Assembly: GCA_964619725.1 (NCBI GenBank)
Contig: CAZUFC010000083.1
Coordinates: 1-38,633 of the forward strand
DNA from: an uncultured bacterium
GTDB taxonomy: Bacteria > CSSED10-310 > CAZUFC01
Length of the DNA stretch: 38,633 bases
Direction: 5' to 3'
This document shows, one piece after another, positions 26,306-35,552 of this stretch. Below the pieces are notes generated by a model. That model ran no database searches. It worked only from the letters and a program-made list of their open reading frames with translations, and was not told where the DNA came from. Made by a program: the position numbers and the translations under genes. Position 1 is the first letter of the stretch, and every line of letters begins with the position of its first letter.

Positions 26306-28414
26306 ATGCCTGATACGGCGTCATCTGAAACGGACCGTAAAAAAGCATCGATTTCATGGCAAAGGAGTTTGGTCTTGCAACGAATTCATACATTATCGCT
26401 GGTTAGTGCATGGATTATAATAATGATTATTATGAAGTCCGGAGCGGAGGCGGCAGCTTTCGTCCACATACGCGAGCCAGTGGAGATACCCATGCGTGAT
26501 GTACGGGAAGAACCTTATGGAAGGACTTATCTGTGTGCCGATGCATTCTTTCCTGCTGAAAGCGGAGAATGGCCTGTGATTTTCATTCAGACCCCATATA
26601 GTAAAGACCTGCTTGCACCGCTTTTTACGACAGAGATCACCGACGATCCGATATACAAAAGTCCGGATTACGCTTATGCCGTAATGGATATTCGAGGTTT
26701 TTTCACTAATGTTGAAGATTATTATGTAGGGTGCCCGACTTGGGGAGAAGATGGATATGATGCTGTGGAATGGTTGTCCGCACAGGAGTGGTGTACGGGT
26801 AAAATAGGGACATGGGGCGTTTCGGCGCTGGGAAAAGTTCAGTTTAAAACCGCTGCGGAGGCGCCGCCTCACCTGACATGTTGCGCTCCACTGGGATCGC
26901 ATTATCGGGAGCGATACGAGCTGTATTATCCCGGCGGAGTTTACGCCCGCAACAGAAATGAATTCATCGGCGACTACTACGGTTCTACGGGAATGGTGCG
27001 TGATCATCCCTACTATGATGCGACCTGGCATTTCACCGAGACTTATTCTGCAAATCCTGAGGAAATAAAGGTGCCGATGCTGCATATTACAGGATGGTAT
27101 GACCATCAAACGGGCGTATCGATGAAAGAAATGGAGGAGGTAGATAGCCTGGGCGGTCCCGGTGCAGCCGGCAAACAGAAAATAGTAATCGGCCCCTGGG
27201 CTCACAGCTCCATCGGCAAGCTCGAACAGGGGCAGATGGAATACCCTGAAGCGGAATACGCATCATCGATTGAGGTTTTGTCTTTTTTCGATCATTATCT
27301 GCGTGACATAGATAACGGTTACGAGCAAAGCCCTAGGATAAAATATTACCGGTTGGGCGATGATGTCTGGAAATCGAGCGAAGCGTGGCCTCCGCAAGGC
27401 GTCATTGAAAAACATTATTATTTATATGCCGACGGGACTCTTTCGACTGCCCTGCCTTTTTCAACTTCAGGTTCTCTTGAATATACGGCAGACCCTGAGA
27501 ATCCTGTTCCGACGTTATGGGGAGCAATACTGACGACGGAATACGGTCAGCAGGGTCCCGGGGATTTACGTCCCATTGAGGAGCGTAATGATGTTCTCAC
27601 TTTTACGACGCCGGTTCGGGAGCAACCTCTGAACATCGCAGGCAGCATCACCGCGAATTTTTATGTAAAATGCAGTACAATCGATGCCGATATAGCTGTT
27701 AGAGTCACTCAAGTTTACCCTGACGGACGTTCTATGCTTCTCGTCGACGGTATCAGAAGAATATCGCTTAGAAACGGATTTGAAGACGCGGAATTCCCAG
27801 GACCGGATCAAATTTATTTTGTTCCCGTCGAACTGCCGCCTTTAGCAGTATCCATTCCAACTGGGCATGCTCTCCGTATCAGCGCAGCTCCCTCCAATTA
27901 TGACCGTTTTGACGTCAACATGCAGGACGGCTCGTCTCTGTCTGACGAGCCAGATGCCCATGCGATGCCAGGAACTTTGGAGTTGTTCATGAACGCCGAT
28001 TATCCTTCATCCATCATATTACCCGAGTTACAGGAATCCGTGCCTCTGGGCGTCCGAATCGATATGCCGGAAATGATTCATCCGGGAGAAAATTTTTACG
28101 TAACAGGCTATCTCGATAATCCCGGAAATCAATTGGAGCAGGTCCCAGTATTCTTTCTCCTGGATATATTCGGAGAATTCTGGTTTTGGGACTCGTGGGC
28201 TTATTACAGTCCTCCTGATTCCGAGGAGGTGGATTACAGGATCATGACTGTTCCGCCCGGAACGACCCAATTATCCGTTGTCTCCCCTTTCCCATGGCCC
28301 GATACGGGTAATGATTCAATGCAAAGCCTGTTTTTTTGCGGCGCAATGCTGAATGAAAATATGACTTCGCTTCTCGGTAAGGCGGCGATAGTCGAATGGG
28401 GATATGGACCATAG
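26306..28414 (+). CDS. CocE/NonD family (S15) serine hydrolase, exported, with an extra C-terminal domain
   Basis: IPMRD, QTPY, DIRG, EDGYDAVEW, GKIGTWGVSALG nucleophile elbow, GWYD, IGPWAH, DPENPVPT, PSNYDRF. Start uncertain. Confidence 0.9.
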   Translation: MPDTASSETDRKKASISWQRSLVLQRIHTLSLVSAWIIIMIIMKSGAEAAAFVHIREPVEIPMRDVREEPYGRTYLCADAFFPAESGEWPVIFIQTPYSKDLLAPLFTTEITDDPIYKSPDYAYAVMDIRGFFTNVEDYYVGCPTWGEDGYDAVEWLSAQEWCTGKIGTWGVSALGKVQFKTAAEAPPHLTCCAPLGSHYRERYELYYPGGVYARNRNEFIGDYYGSTGMVRDHPYYDATWHFTETYSANPEEIKVPMLHITGWYDHQTGVSMKEMEEVDSLGGPGAAGKQKIVIGPWAHSSIGKLEQGQMEYPEAEYASSIEVLSFFDHYLRDIDNGYEQSPRIKYYRLGDDVWKSSEAWPPQGVIEKHYYLYADGTLSTALPFSTSGSLEYTADPENPVPTLWGAILTTEYGQQGPGDLRPIEERNDVLTFTTPVREQPLNIAGSITANFYVKCSTIDADIAVRVTQVYPDGRSMLLVDGIRRISLRNGFEDAEFPGPDQIYFVPVELPPLAVSIPTGHALRISAAPSNYDRFDVNMQDGSSLSDEPDAHAMPGTLELFMNADYPSSIILPELQESVPLGVRIDMPEMIHPGENFYVTGYLDNPGNQLEQVPVFFLLDIFGEFWFWDSWAYYSPPDSEEVDYRIMTVPPGTTQLSVVSPFPWPDTGNDSMQSLFFCGAMLNENMTSLLGKAAIVEWGYGP

Positions 28415-28482
28415 TCACCGGTAATTCAATGCGTATTAGGATAAGCTTTACTCCATTACTTTTCAATATGTTGTCTGATGAA

Positions 28483-28601
28483 TCGTTGTCGTTGCCTGCA
28501 AAGCGGTTGTCGTTGTCGGAGTATTGTGTGCAATGACTTCTAAATTCATTTTCGCCTGAATGGGAGTCAAGTTTTAACTCGACAACGATCACAATCACGA
28601 C
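28483..28601. repeat. Degenerate GTCGTT...AACGAC hexamer inverted repeat
   Basis: gttgtcgttgtcggagt (28506-28522) is complementary to actcgacaacgatcac (28577-28592), with further degenerate hexamers outside. Confidence 0.5.
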
Positions 28602-28630
28602 TATGATGATTTTTTAATATTTATACTAAT

Positions 28631-28841
28631 TTCTGAACTCCTGACAAGAATGTCAGAACCTATTGAAAAAGTGTGATTTTCTTGAAGTTCAACTCGGCAT
28701 AATAATTGTGAAGTTTTTTGCCCCCCTATATCCCCCCGCAGGCGGGGGGACTTTGTATTTACAAGAGTTTTTTCGAACGTCTAAAGTTTTTTTCGTCAAA
28801 CATTTCACAATTTTTTATTAGCGAATGTCAGGAGATGTGAA
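28631..28841. mobile_element. MITE-like element family B with a central GC hairpin
   Basis: Terminal inverted repeat ttc....CTCCTGACA (28638-28646) / TGTCAGGAG....gaa (28826-28834). Central TCCCCCCGC-AG-GCGGGGGGA (28731-28750). Right end duplicated at 8-54. Confidence 0.7.
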
Positions 28842-29065
28842 TTTCATTGCTTTTTCAGCGGAGCATTCGGGTTAACGAAAAAAACATGCAACGACAAAAA
28901 AAGCAAACCCGGCACTTGTAAATGATTAAAATATTTCCACAGAATTATCATCCGCGAATTCACGCTAATTTACACGAAAAGAGAAGAAGAAAAAAATTTT
29001 TACGTTTGTTGATGCCATTAAGAGCGATGGGTTAATTGAAAAAGCAAGACTGATCATGATCAAAC

Positions 29066-29176
29066 AGGGGTTATACTCATACGCATCAAGCTAAGGATAA
29101 CCTCGTTTAATCGCAGAAGCAAGTCCTCTGAGTTCCTGGAGGGGTTATACTCATACGCATCAAGCTAAGGATAACC
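29066..29176. CRISPR. Orphan CRISPR-like unit (two identical 37-bp repeats, one 37-bp spacer); may instead be a duplicated element end
   Basis: AGGGGTTATACTCATACGCATCAAGCTAAGGATAACC at 29066-29102 and 29140-29176. GGTTAT/ATAACC terminal palindrome. AT-rich flank. No cas genes in the window. Confidence 0.25.
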
Positions 29177-29330
29177 ACTCACTGAAATAGGTGCATAACA
29201 TGTTATAAATAAAAGGATTTTCAAAAATGTCTATTTGCAGGACAGCACTATAATAGAATTGAACGAGCATCTTTCGGAAAAATTTGCCGGATCGGGAGGA
29301 AACGCGAGTAAGTCGAGTTTAAAAATCGTT

Positions 29331-29935
29331 TTGCGGAGGGCTCTGCCCCCCGTGCCGGCCCCTGGACCTCCAAAGCAGTATTCCGGGGTTCTGCGGAGGG
29401 CTCTGCGGAGGGCTCTGGACCCCCGTGCGAGCCCTTGGACCACCAAAGCAGGATCGGTATTCCGGGGTTTTGCGGAGAGCTCTGACCCCCGTGCGAGACC
29501 TTGGACCACCGAAGCGGGATCGGTATTCCGGGGTTTTGCGGAGAGCTCTGACCCCCGTGCGTGTGCCCCCCGTGCGTGACCCCCCGTGCGAGACCTTGGA
29601 CCACCGAAGTGGGATCGGTATTCCGGGGTTTTGCGGAGGGCTCTGACCCCCGTGCGAGCCCTTGGACCACCGAAGCGGGATCGGTATTCCGGGGTTTTGC
29701 GTAGGGCTCTGCCCCCCCGTGCGAGCCCTTGGACCACCGAAGTGGGATCGGTATTCCGGGGTTTTGCGGAGGGCCCTGACCCCCGTGCGGGCCCTTGGAC
29801 CACCGAAGCAGGATCGGTATTCCGGGGTTTTGCGGAGGGCTCTGACCCCTGTGCGGTCCCCCCTGTGCGGTCCCTACCCCTGTGCGGTCCCTGACCCCTG
29901 TGCGGTCCCCTGTGCGGACCCCTGTGCGAGCCCTA
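29331..29935. repeat. GC-rich tandem array of ~66-bp units with degenerate ends
   Basis: GGATCGGTATTCCGGGG starts at 29451, 29517, 29612, 29678, 29745 and 29811. Degenerate first unit from 29331. Tail of six CCCCTGTGCG sub-units at ~29847-29930. Confidence 0.95.
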
Positions 29936-31123
29936 TCCGTGATGACTGGAAAATGATTCGAGCATTTGTTGAAAAAGCACAAGCGATTTACAAGGCGCAG
30001 TCCTTAAAAGCGGGCTCAGAATAAAGGGGAATGTTCTGATGATGCGTTTTTTCAGGTGAGTGTAGGATAACTTATCGGAGAAGTAATCATCGAGAATGCA
30101 CCTGATTTCCCTGGAAGAACCGGCAGCCTTAATGATCATATCCACGAAATTGATTCGGTAGAAGAGATGTTTTATTTTCCCGGAAATCCTTAGTTCGGGG
30201 ACTATTTTTTGCCGACAAAGCGATTCATAGGCAAGCGGATTCTCCTCAATTATGGAGCGACATAGAAGTTCTGCCGATCTGACGGCGTAATAGATGCCCT
30301 CGCCTGATAAAGGATCGACCAAATCTGCAGCTTCGCCGACTGCGGCCCATTCTTTTCCGCCAAACCGTTTGTTCCCCCACTCACGGGGAAATTCGGCAGC
30401 GATCAATCTTCCCCTTAGAGCAAGATTGTCCCTGAATTTGCCGCCGTAGCGCGAACAGACCCAATTTTTCATTCTTTGCGTGATTAAGGCATTGGATATG
30501 TTCTTATCCGAACAAGCTATGCCCACATTGAGACGATCAACGCCAGGAAACTCCCAAAGGTAGCCGTTGAATCCCGTCCAGAATTTTAATCTAATCTCAG
30601 ACGGCCCGACTACAGGCAGATTAAGAGACCAACCGCGGTACGGGGCGCTTGATACGGGATGAGGTCTGAACAGCGCCCCGATCTTTCCGCCTGCTCCGTC
30701 CGCCAAAACGAGGAAATCCACTTTATCATTGGTATTTCTGCCGTTAATGCTCCAACCGCTGCTGTTTTTTTCTATCGAAAAGACACGTTCTTTTCGAAAC
30801 ATGACCTCTTTTTGAAGGGATTGTTTTAACAAACGGTGATCAAGGACTTGACGAGGTATAATTCTAATCGGCTCTGACAGTTTAAACCGAAAAGAGGACT
30901 CATCTGCGCCCTGCAGGACGACGGAGCCGGCTTCTCTGGAATTATCCAGGAGACCAACGAGCTTGCCCAACCTCCGGCAGCACTTTGCAGTAAGGCCTCC
31001 ACCGCACGCTTTTTCGATCCGAAGCAGTGGGTCCCATAAAACTATTCGATAATTCGCCTCAGCCAGAACGGACGCGACAACATTTCCGGCAATACCAGCC
31101 CCTATAATACCTATTGTTTTCAA
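29933..31123 (-). CDS. Geranylgeranyl reductase family FAD-dependent oxidoreductase
   Basis: IIGAGIAG Rossmann motif, KACGGGL, LADGA, GYLWEFP, VGEAADLVDPLSGEGIYYA. TTG start. Confidence 0.88.
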   Translation of the reverse strand: MKTIGIIGAGIAGNVVASVLAEANYRIVLWDPLLRIEKACGGGLTAKCCRRLGKLVGLLDNSREAGSVVLQGADESSFRFKLSEPIRIIPRQVLDHRLLKQSLQKEVMFRKERVFSIEKNSSGWSINGRNTNDKVDFLVLADGAGGKIGALFRPHPVSSAPYRGWSLNLPVVGPSEIRLKFWTGFNGYLWEFPGVDRLNVGIACSDKNISNALITQRMKNWVCSRYGGKFRDNLALRGRLIAAEFPREWGNKRFGGKEWAAVGEAADLVDPLSGEGIYYAVRSAELLCRSIIEENPLAYESLCRQKIVPELRISGKIKHLFYRINFVDMIIKAAGSSREIRCILDDYFSDKLSYTHLKKRIIRTFPFILSPLLRTAPCKSLVLFQQMLESFSSHHG

Positions 31124-31139
31124 AAGAAATCACCCGGTT

Positions 31140-33401
31140 TCAATCCGCTGAAGCATCGCCTTTTTGTTTTTCCTTATGATCATGCGTTAAGGTGAAAATA
31201 TTCGACGGTCTTATTTCGCGGCCACGGCGACTCTTTGTCTCTTCAATGCCCGCATTCATTCCATATGTATAACTCTTCAGACTCTCCTTGCTCAGGTCGA
31301 TTATTAAATAATGCGGGTTGTCCCGCTGAACGCTCTCGATCAAATCCTCGCCGGCCTCCTTCTCCTCCATGCCGCGATCATTTGCACTTCCGAAGCGAAC
31401 GGCCTGATAAACGATCCCGTTTTTTTCAATTCTCCTGTTTTTTTGGGGATGAGAAGCAATAACCAGTTGAACATCGTTTTCAATAAAGATGACTTCCCAT
31501 AGTTCCGTAAAACGATCGACAGTCGGGGCATCATAAAATTTATCATCAAAAAGAGGATGATGAAAAATGACGACACGCCACGGCTTAAGAAAAGAAGATT
31601 TTAAATCCCGTTCCAGCCACTCGGTTTGTATAGCCAATTCATCTTCCTGGTCTGAGTCAAAAAACGAATTGCTGTCCAGAACCGTCATATGAGCAGCGGA
31701 ATATTCAAAAGAATACCATTGTCTGTTTTCCTCACCTCCGCCTGCGGGAAGCTGAAAATTGCGATAATAAAATTTCGTGTCATTTTCGCAACTGCCTAAA
31801 ACGGTAAAAAACGGCGCACGGCTTGCGAGATGCTGTGCCTGCAGAAACCATTCGTCCCATTTCTGCAGATGCCTTCCGTCAGGAATAAAACAACCGTTAA
31901 ATAATACAAACGCGGGTTCAAGCGCCGCCAGTTTCTCCGCCAGCCTTCCATGCAACTCAGGATTGTAAGCCGTATCGGCATAAACAACGAAACGAAATGG
32001 AAAATCAAGCGCAGGTTCCGTCTTAAAGACATATTTCCTGGAATTAATGAATTCATCTGAAAAACGGTCTTTTGCCTCCAGCATATATTCATAATAGAAT
32101 CCGGGTTTCAAATCCTGCAATATGACGTGATGAGTCTCCCGGTATGCCGGGTCCTCACGAATGAACCAACCTTTTTCTTCCGCTTTTTGCCGGTATTTTA
32201 TTCTTCCCACCGTCGGCATATCCGTTTTCCAGGACACCCATACGGAATTCCTGTCGATATTCTGCAAAAAAGGACCCCACAGGATTTCTACACCCGCCCG
32301 TTCAAGGTAAAAATCACAAATGACTTCCTGATCCTCACGGATGATAAATTCGCCGGATTCAAATGCACGATAACCAGCCTTTTCCGCTGACAGGAGATAT
32401 TTCCCCGGTTCGATCCTGCAATAAAATTCGCCTTTCATATCGGAGTATAAATCGCCATAAAAATGCTTCTCACCGTTCATGAGCTCATAAATCTTTACTC
32501 GGACATTACTCAGAGGAACATCCAATTCATCCGCCATCAGTCCCGTAACGGCTCCGGTCCCTTTCTTTTCAATCTCATAATGCAAAGCTCTCAAAGACAT
32601 TAACCCGTCGCTGCTGACGGCAAATCGTCGCTTCAAAACGTATCGTTCATTTTCATCGAGAATGATCTTTCCATAGTTTATGCGGAAAGCGGAATGATCA
32701 AAATGAAAAGTTTCAAAACTGCCGGACAATACGGCATAACACACATTGGAAGCCGCTCCTGCCGGAAACGGAACAGCGTCTTTGCCGCTGTTCTTTTCGT
32801 ATCCCGGCATATAAGGCTCCGCATAACCAAAATCTGCCTGATCGCTTAAAATAATTTCTGTGCGGGGACCTCTGTTTTTTATTTCGGTTTCTATATGCAC
32901 AACTTGCGAGTCCGCCTTCAGCCGATAATATGTTTTCAGTTCAAAATTTTCTTTACTCTTGCATTCGCCGGTCACGACAATCGTCGCCTCCCCTTCTTCT
33001 CCTTCATTCGTGATCTTTATCGACTTGTATTCAACTTCACCCTCCTCGCAAAGCGCAACAGCGAGAGAACCAAAAACATCTTCGCCGTTAATCGTCGCTG
33101 CATCTATCAGACTGCCGGCTGAATCTACGCCTGTTTTCCTGTTTTTTATTCCGGCTATTACGAATTTCGCTCTTTCGTTGATCAGCAGGAAATCTCCCGG
33201 TTTTCCCGCGGCTGCAATGCCTGAAAAAATGTCTTTTCTTTCTTCAATTTTTCGGGCGTGCACCCAGTTTTTCGCTTCATTGTTTACCGGGGAAGCCGAC
33301 GGTTCATTAAAATGAAGTGATCGGCAACCGGCAAGGAAATTCACGCAAGTCGCCAACGTAAATAATATGACCCAGGATTGGCATTGAACAGCTTTACTCA
33401 T
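31140..33401 (-). CDS. Lipoprotein with carboxypeptidase-regulatory-like, FN3 (purple acid phosphatase N-terminal) and degenerate metallophosphoesterase domains
   Basis: Lipobox FLAGC. GKPGDFLLINE..FVI N-domain. PGKYLLSAEKAGY. GPFLQ...VSWKT...HHVIL.DLKPG..YEY. FVVYADT, WYSFEY, LDSN, QTEWLERDL, FHHP. Confidence 0.8.
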   Translation of the reverse strand: MSKAVQCQSWVILFTLATCVNFLAGCRSLHFNEPSASPVNNEAKNWVHARKIEERKDIFSGIAAAGKPGDFLLINERAKFVIAGIKNRKTGVDSAGSLIDAATINGEDVFGSLAVALCEEGEVEYKSIKITNEGEEGEATIVVTGECKSKENFELKTYYRLKADSQVVHIETEIKNRGPRTEIILSDQADFGYAEPYMPGYEKNSGKDAVPFPAGAASNVCYAVLSGSFETFHFDHSAFRINYGKIILDENERYVLKRRFAVSSDGLMSLRALHYEIEKKGTGAVTGLMADELDVPLSNVRVKIYELMNGEKHFYGDLYSDMKGEFYCRIEPGKYLLSAEKAGYRAFESGEFIIREDQEVICDFYLERAGVEILWGPFLQNIDRNSVWVSWKTDMPTVGRIKYRQKAEEKGWFIREDPAYRETHHVILQDLKPGFYYEYMLEAKDRFSDEFINSRKYVFKTEPALDFPFRFVVYADTAYNPELHGRLAEKLAALEPAFVLFNGCFIPDGRHLQKWDEWFLQAQHLASRAPFFTVLGSCENDTKFYYRNFQLPAGGGEENRQWYSFEYSAAHMTVLDSNSFFDSDQEDELAIQTEWLERDLKSSFLKPWRVVIFHHPLFDDKFYDAPTVDRFTELWEVIFIENDVQLVIASHPQKNRRIEKNGIVYQAVRFGSANDRGMEEKEAGEDLIESVQRDNPHYLIIDLSKESLKSYTYGMNAGIEETKSRRGREIRPSNIFTLTHDHKEKQKGDASAD

Positions 33402-33416
33402 TTAACATTCCCGGTT

Positions 33417-35498
33417 TTAGTTTGTTGTCGGTGATCGATTCAGTCTTTTAATCTTCGATTCGATCTCAGAAATAATCCTTTCATCTTCACAATAAAGCAG
33501 AGCTTCCCGATAATATCGGACGGCCTGATCAAAACGACCCATTCTGAATGATGTTTCCGCCAATTGATAGTAGAACCTGAAATCATCGGGATCAAGTTCC
33601 GCTCCTTTGAGATATAACTCGAAAGCCTCCTCATCCCTTGCTGCGTCATCATAGATTTTGCCCAGCAGGAACCGGGCTTTCTTGAGCGACGGATTAATTT
33701 TCAACGCCTGACGATATAAATTTTCAGCCTGGTCGAAATTTTTCAATCGATAATGTGTGGTTCCCAGATGCATATAGATGATATCCGTAATCATTTTTGA
33801 TCGCAGCAATGCGGCATTGAATGTCTCTTTAGCCTCATACAGCCGTCCTTCTTCAAGGTACAGCAATCCCAGATTGTTCCAGCCTCTGGCGAACTGGTGA
33901 TCGATACGAATGGCCGTGAGGAAGCAGCTCCTCGCCTCCTCCAATTCCTCGAGACGAACATGTATCAGCCCTTTCAGATTCCAGCCTTCCGGATCGTTCG
34001 GATTCAACCTGTTGTATTTTTCGATAAACCGAAGCGCTTGCCGGTCTTCATTGGATTCCATCAAAAGAGAGGCCAGGTTGAAGAGGGCATCAGCATATTC
34101 CGGATATATTTCAACGGCTTTGCGGTAATGGAACAGGGCTTCTTCTTTTCGGTCTTTTCTTTGCAGGCTCGTTCCGAAATTGAAATGGAGTTTGGGGCTA
34201 TTGGGATGTGTTTTCAATGAGGCAATCCAGAGGCTTTCATTATTCCTCCAATCTTTCGTCCGGTCAATGATTCTCCAGGTAAAAAGCAAAGCGACAAGGC
34301 TCATAAAAGCGAAAAGTCCTCTCACCATTCTTTTGGAATTGATTGTTTTTTCAATAATGAAGCATAATATCCCAAAGAGGAAGAGGTAGTACCCGAGTGT
34401 GGGAAAATAGAGCAACCTTTCACCGAATATGGTTCCGATGGGATAAAGCAGGTTGGCGGTAGGAAGAGCGGTTAGGAAATAGATGGAGAAACCGAGAATA
34501 GGAATGTCGCTTTTTTTTCTCAGGACTAAAGCTGAGCCGATCATTGCTGGTGTGAAGAGTGCGCCGACCCAGAAAAGGGCGTCAAGGGGATAGGGGGAAA
34601 TTGAAATGGCGTTGAAGGAGTAATCGGCGGAGAGTATGAAAGGCCAGAGAAACAGTCGCTGATGCAGGCCAAGGATACGGAAGAAAACCGGAATTCGCCG
34701 GAAGAAGGACAAAGATGCTGCAGGATTATTGACGAAATTCACTTCATATCCCTGGGGATGGAACAGAAAACCGAATAACCCGTATTTTACCGAGAAATAG
34801 ACGACCGGGGCTAAAAACAAAGGAGCGTAAACCGCTGTCATTTTCAACAGTACGTTTTTCCGTCCCAATTTTACTTTTGTTCCGGGCCTGATTAAATCAG
34901 TAATCAGAATCGTTAAAGGAATGAAAACGATCCCCTCTTTGCAGAACATTCCCAGGGTGAAAACGATGAAAGCGGCGCATCTCCATTTATCAGGCATCGC
35001 TTTGGAATAATCCTGTTTCAAGTGAAGCAGCCAGGCCCCGGCGGCGAATAAGGCCGCCAATAATTCAGCTCGTCCGACAATATTGATTACGGCCTCCGAA
35101 TGAACGGGATGCAGGGCGAAAAAGAGGGAAGTAAAGAGAGCAGCGAGACTGGAGTTTGTTAATTTTTTTATAAGGAAAAACGATAATAGGGAACAGAAGA
35201 GGTGCAGAACCAGATTGACCAGGTGAAAAGCTGCAGGTTTCAACCCATGAAGGCTTCTTTGCATGGCGTAGGAAAACAGCGTGAGAGGTCTGTAGAGTCC
35301 GGCCCTGGTGTAATTTCCCCAATAATTCGAGGTGAGGATTTTTATCGGTTCGAGGGGCGGTTCGACAGTTGAGTTTTGAGCGATGATATAAACATCGTCG
35401 AAGACGAAATCGTTATCGATTGCGGGGGCATAGGCGATGGCGGCAAGAACCAGGACGACAAGAAAAACTCGAAAGGTATTTGCTGTTTTGTCTTTCAA
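33417..35498 (-). CDS. TMTC-like GT-C membrane glycosyltransferase with TPR repeats
   Basis: NDFVFDD, YRPLT, FHLVNLVLH, LFFALHPVHSEAV..IVGRAELL, KE, LSADYS, ERLLY, R..DWRNNESLW, followed by ~7 TPRs. TTG start. Confidence 0.88.
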   Translation of the reverse strand: MKDKTANTFRVFLVVLVLAAIAYAPAIDNDFVFDDVYIIAQNSTVEPPLEPIKILTSNYWGNYTRAGLYRPLTLFSYAMQRSLHGLKPAAFHLVNLVLHLFCSLLSFFLIKKLTNSSLAALFTSLFFALHPVHSEAVINIVGRAELLAALFAAGAWLLHLKQDYSKAMPDKWRCAAFIVFTLGMFCKEGIVFIPLTILITDLIRPGTKVKLGRKNVLLKMTAVYAPLFLAPVVYFSVKYGLFGFLFHPQGYEVNFVNNPAASLSFFRRIPVFFRILGLHQRLFLWPFILSADYSFNAISISPYPLDALFWVGALFTPAMIGSALVLRKKSDIPILGFSIYFLTALPTANLLYPIGTIFGERLLYFPTLGYYLFLFGILCFIIEKTINSKRMVRGLFAFMSLVALLFTWRIIDRTKDWRNNESLWIASLKTHPNSPKLHFNFGTSLQRKDRKEEALFHYRKAVEIYPEYADALFNLASLLMESNEDRQALRFIEKYNRLNPNDPEGWNLKGLIHVRLEELEEARSCFLTAIRIDHQFARGWNNLGLLYLEEGRLYEAKETFNAALLRSKMITDIIYMHLGTTHYRLKNFDQAENLYRQALKINPSLKKARFLLGKIYDDAARDEEAFELYLKGAELDPDDFRFYYQLAETSFRMGRFDQAVRYYREALLYCEDERIISEIESKIKRLNRSPTTN

Positions 35499-35552
35499 AA
35501 GGTATTAATCTGGTTTCGTTTGTTTTCCTTTTGTGCGAGCAGGATTAAAAAC

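Noticed and set aside
26816..26833. GVSALG instead of GxSYxG in the CocE nucleophile elbow as a sign of inactivation
   Set aside because: Catalytic Ser, Asp (GWYD), His (GPWAH) and the TPY oxyanion Tyr are all retained.
26393..27205. 270-aa minus-strand ORF
   Set aside because: Antisense shadow of the CocE hydrolase gene.
29331..29935. 66-bp array as a CRISPR array
   Set aside because: The whole unit repeats; there are no unique spacers.
29231..30024. Several ORFs of 73-244 aa on both strands over the 66-bp array
   Set aside because: They are open only because the GC-rich 22-codon unit lacks stops; frames shift between units and no convincing RBS is present.
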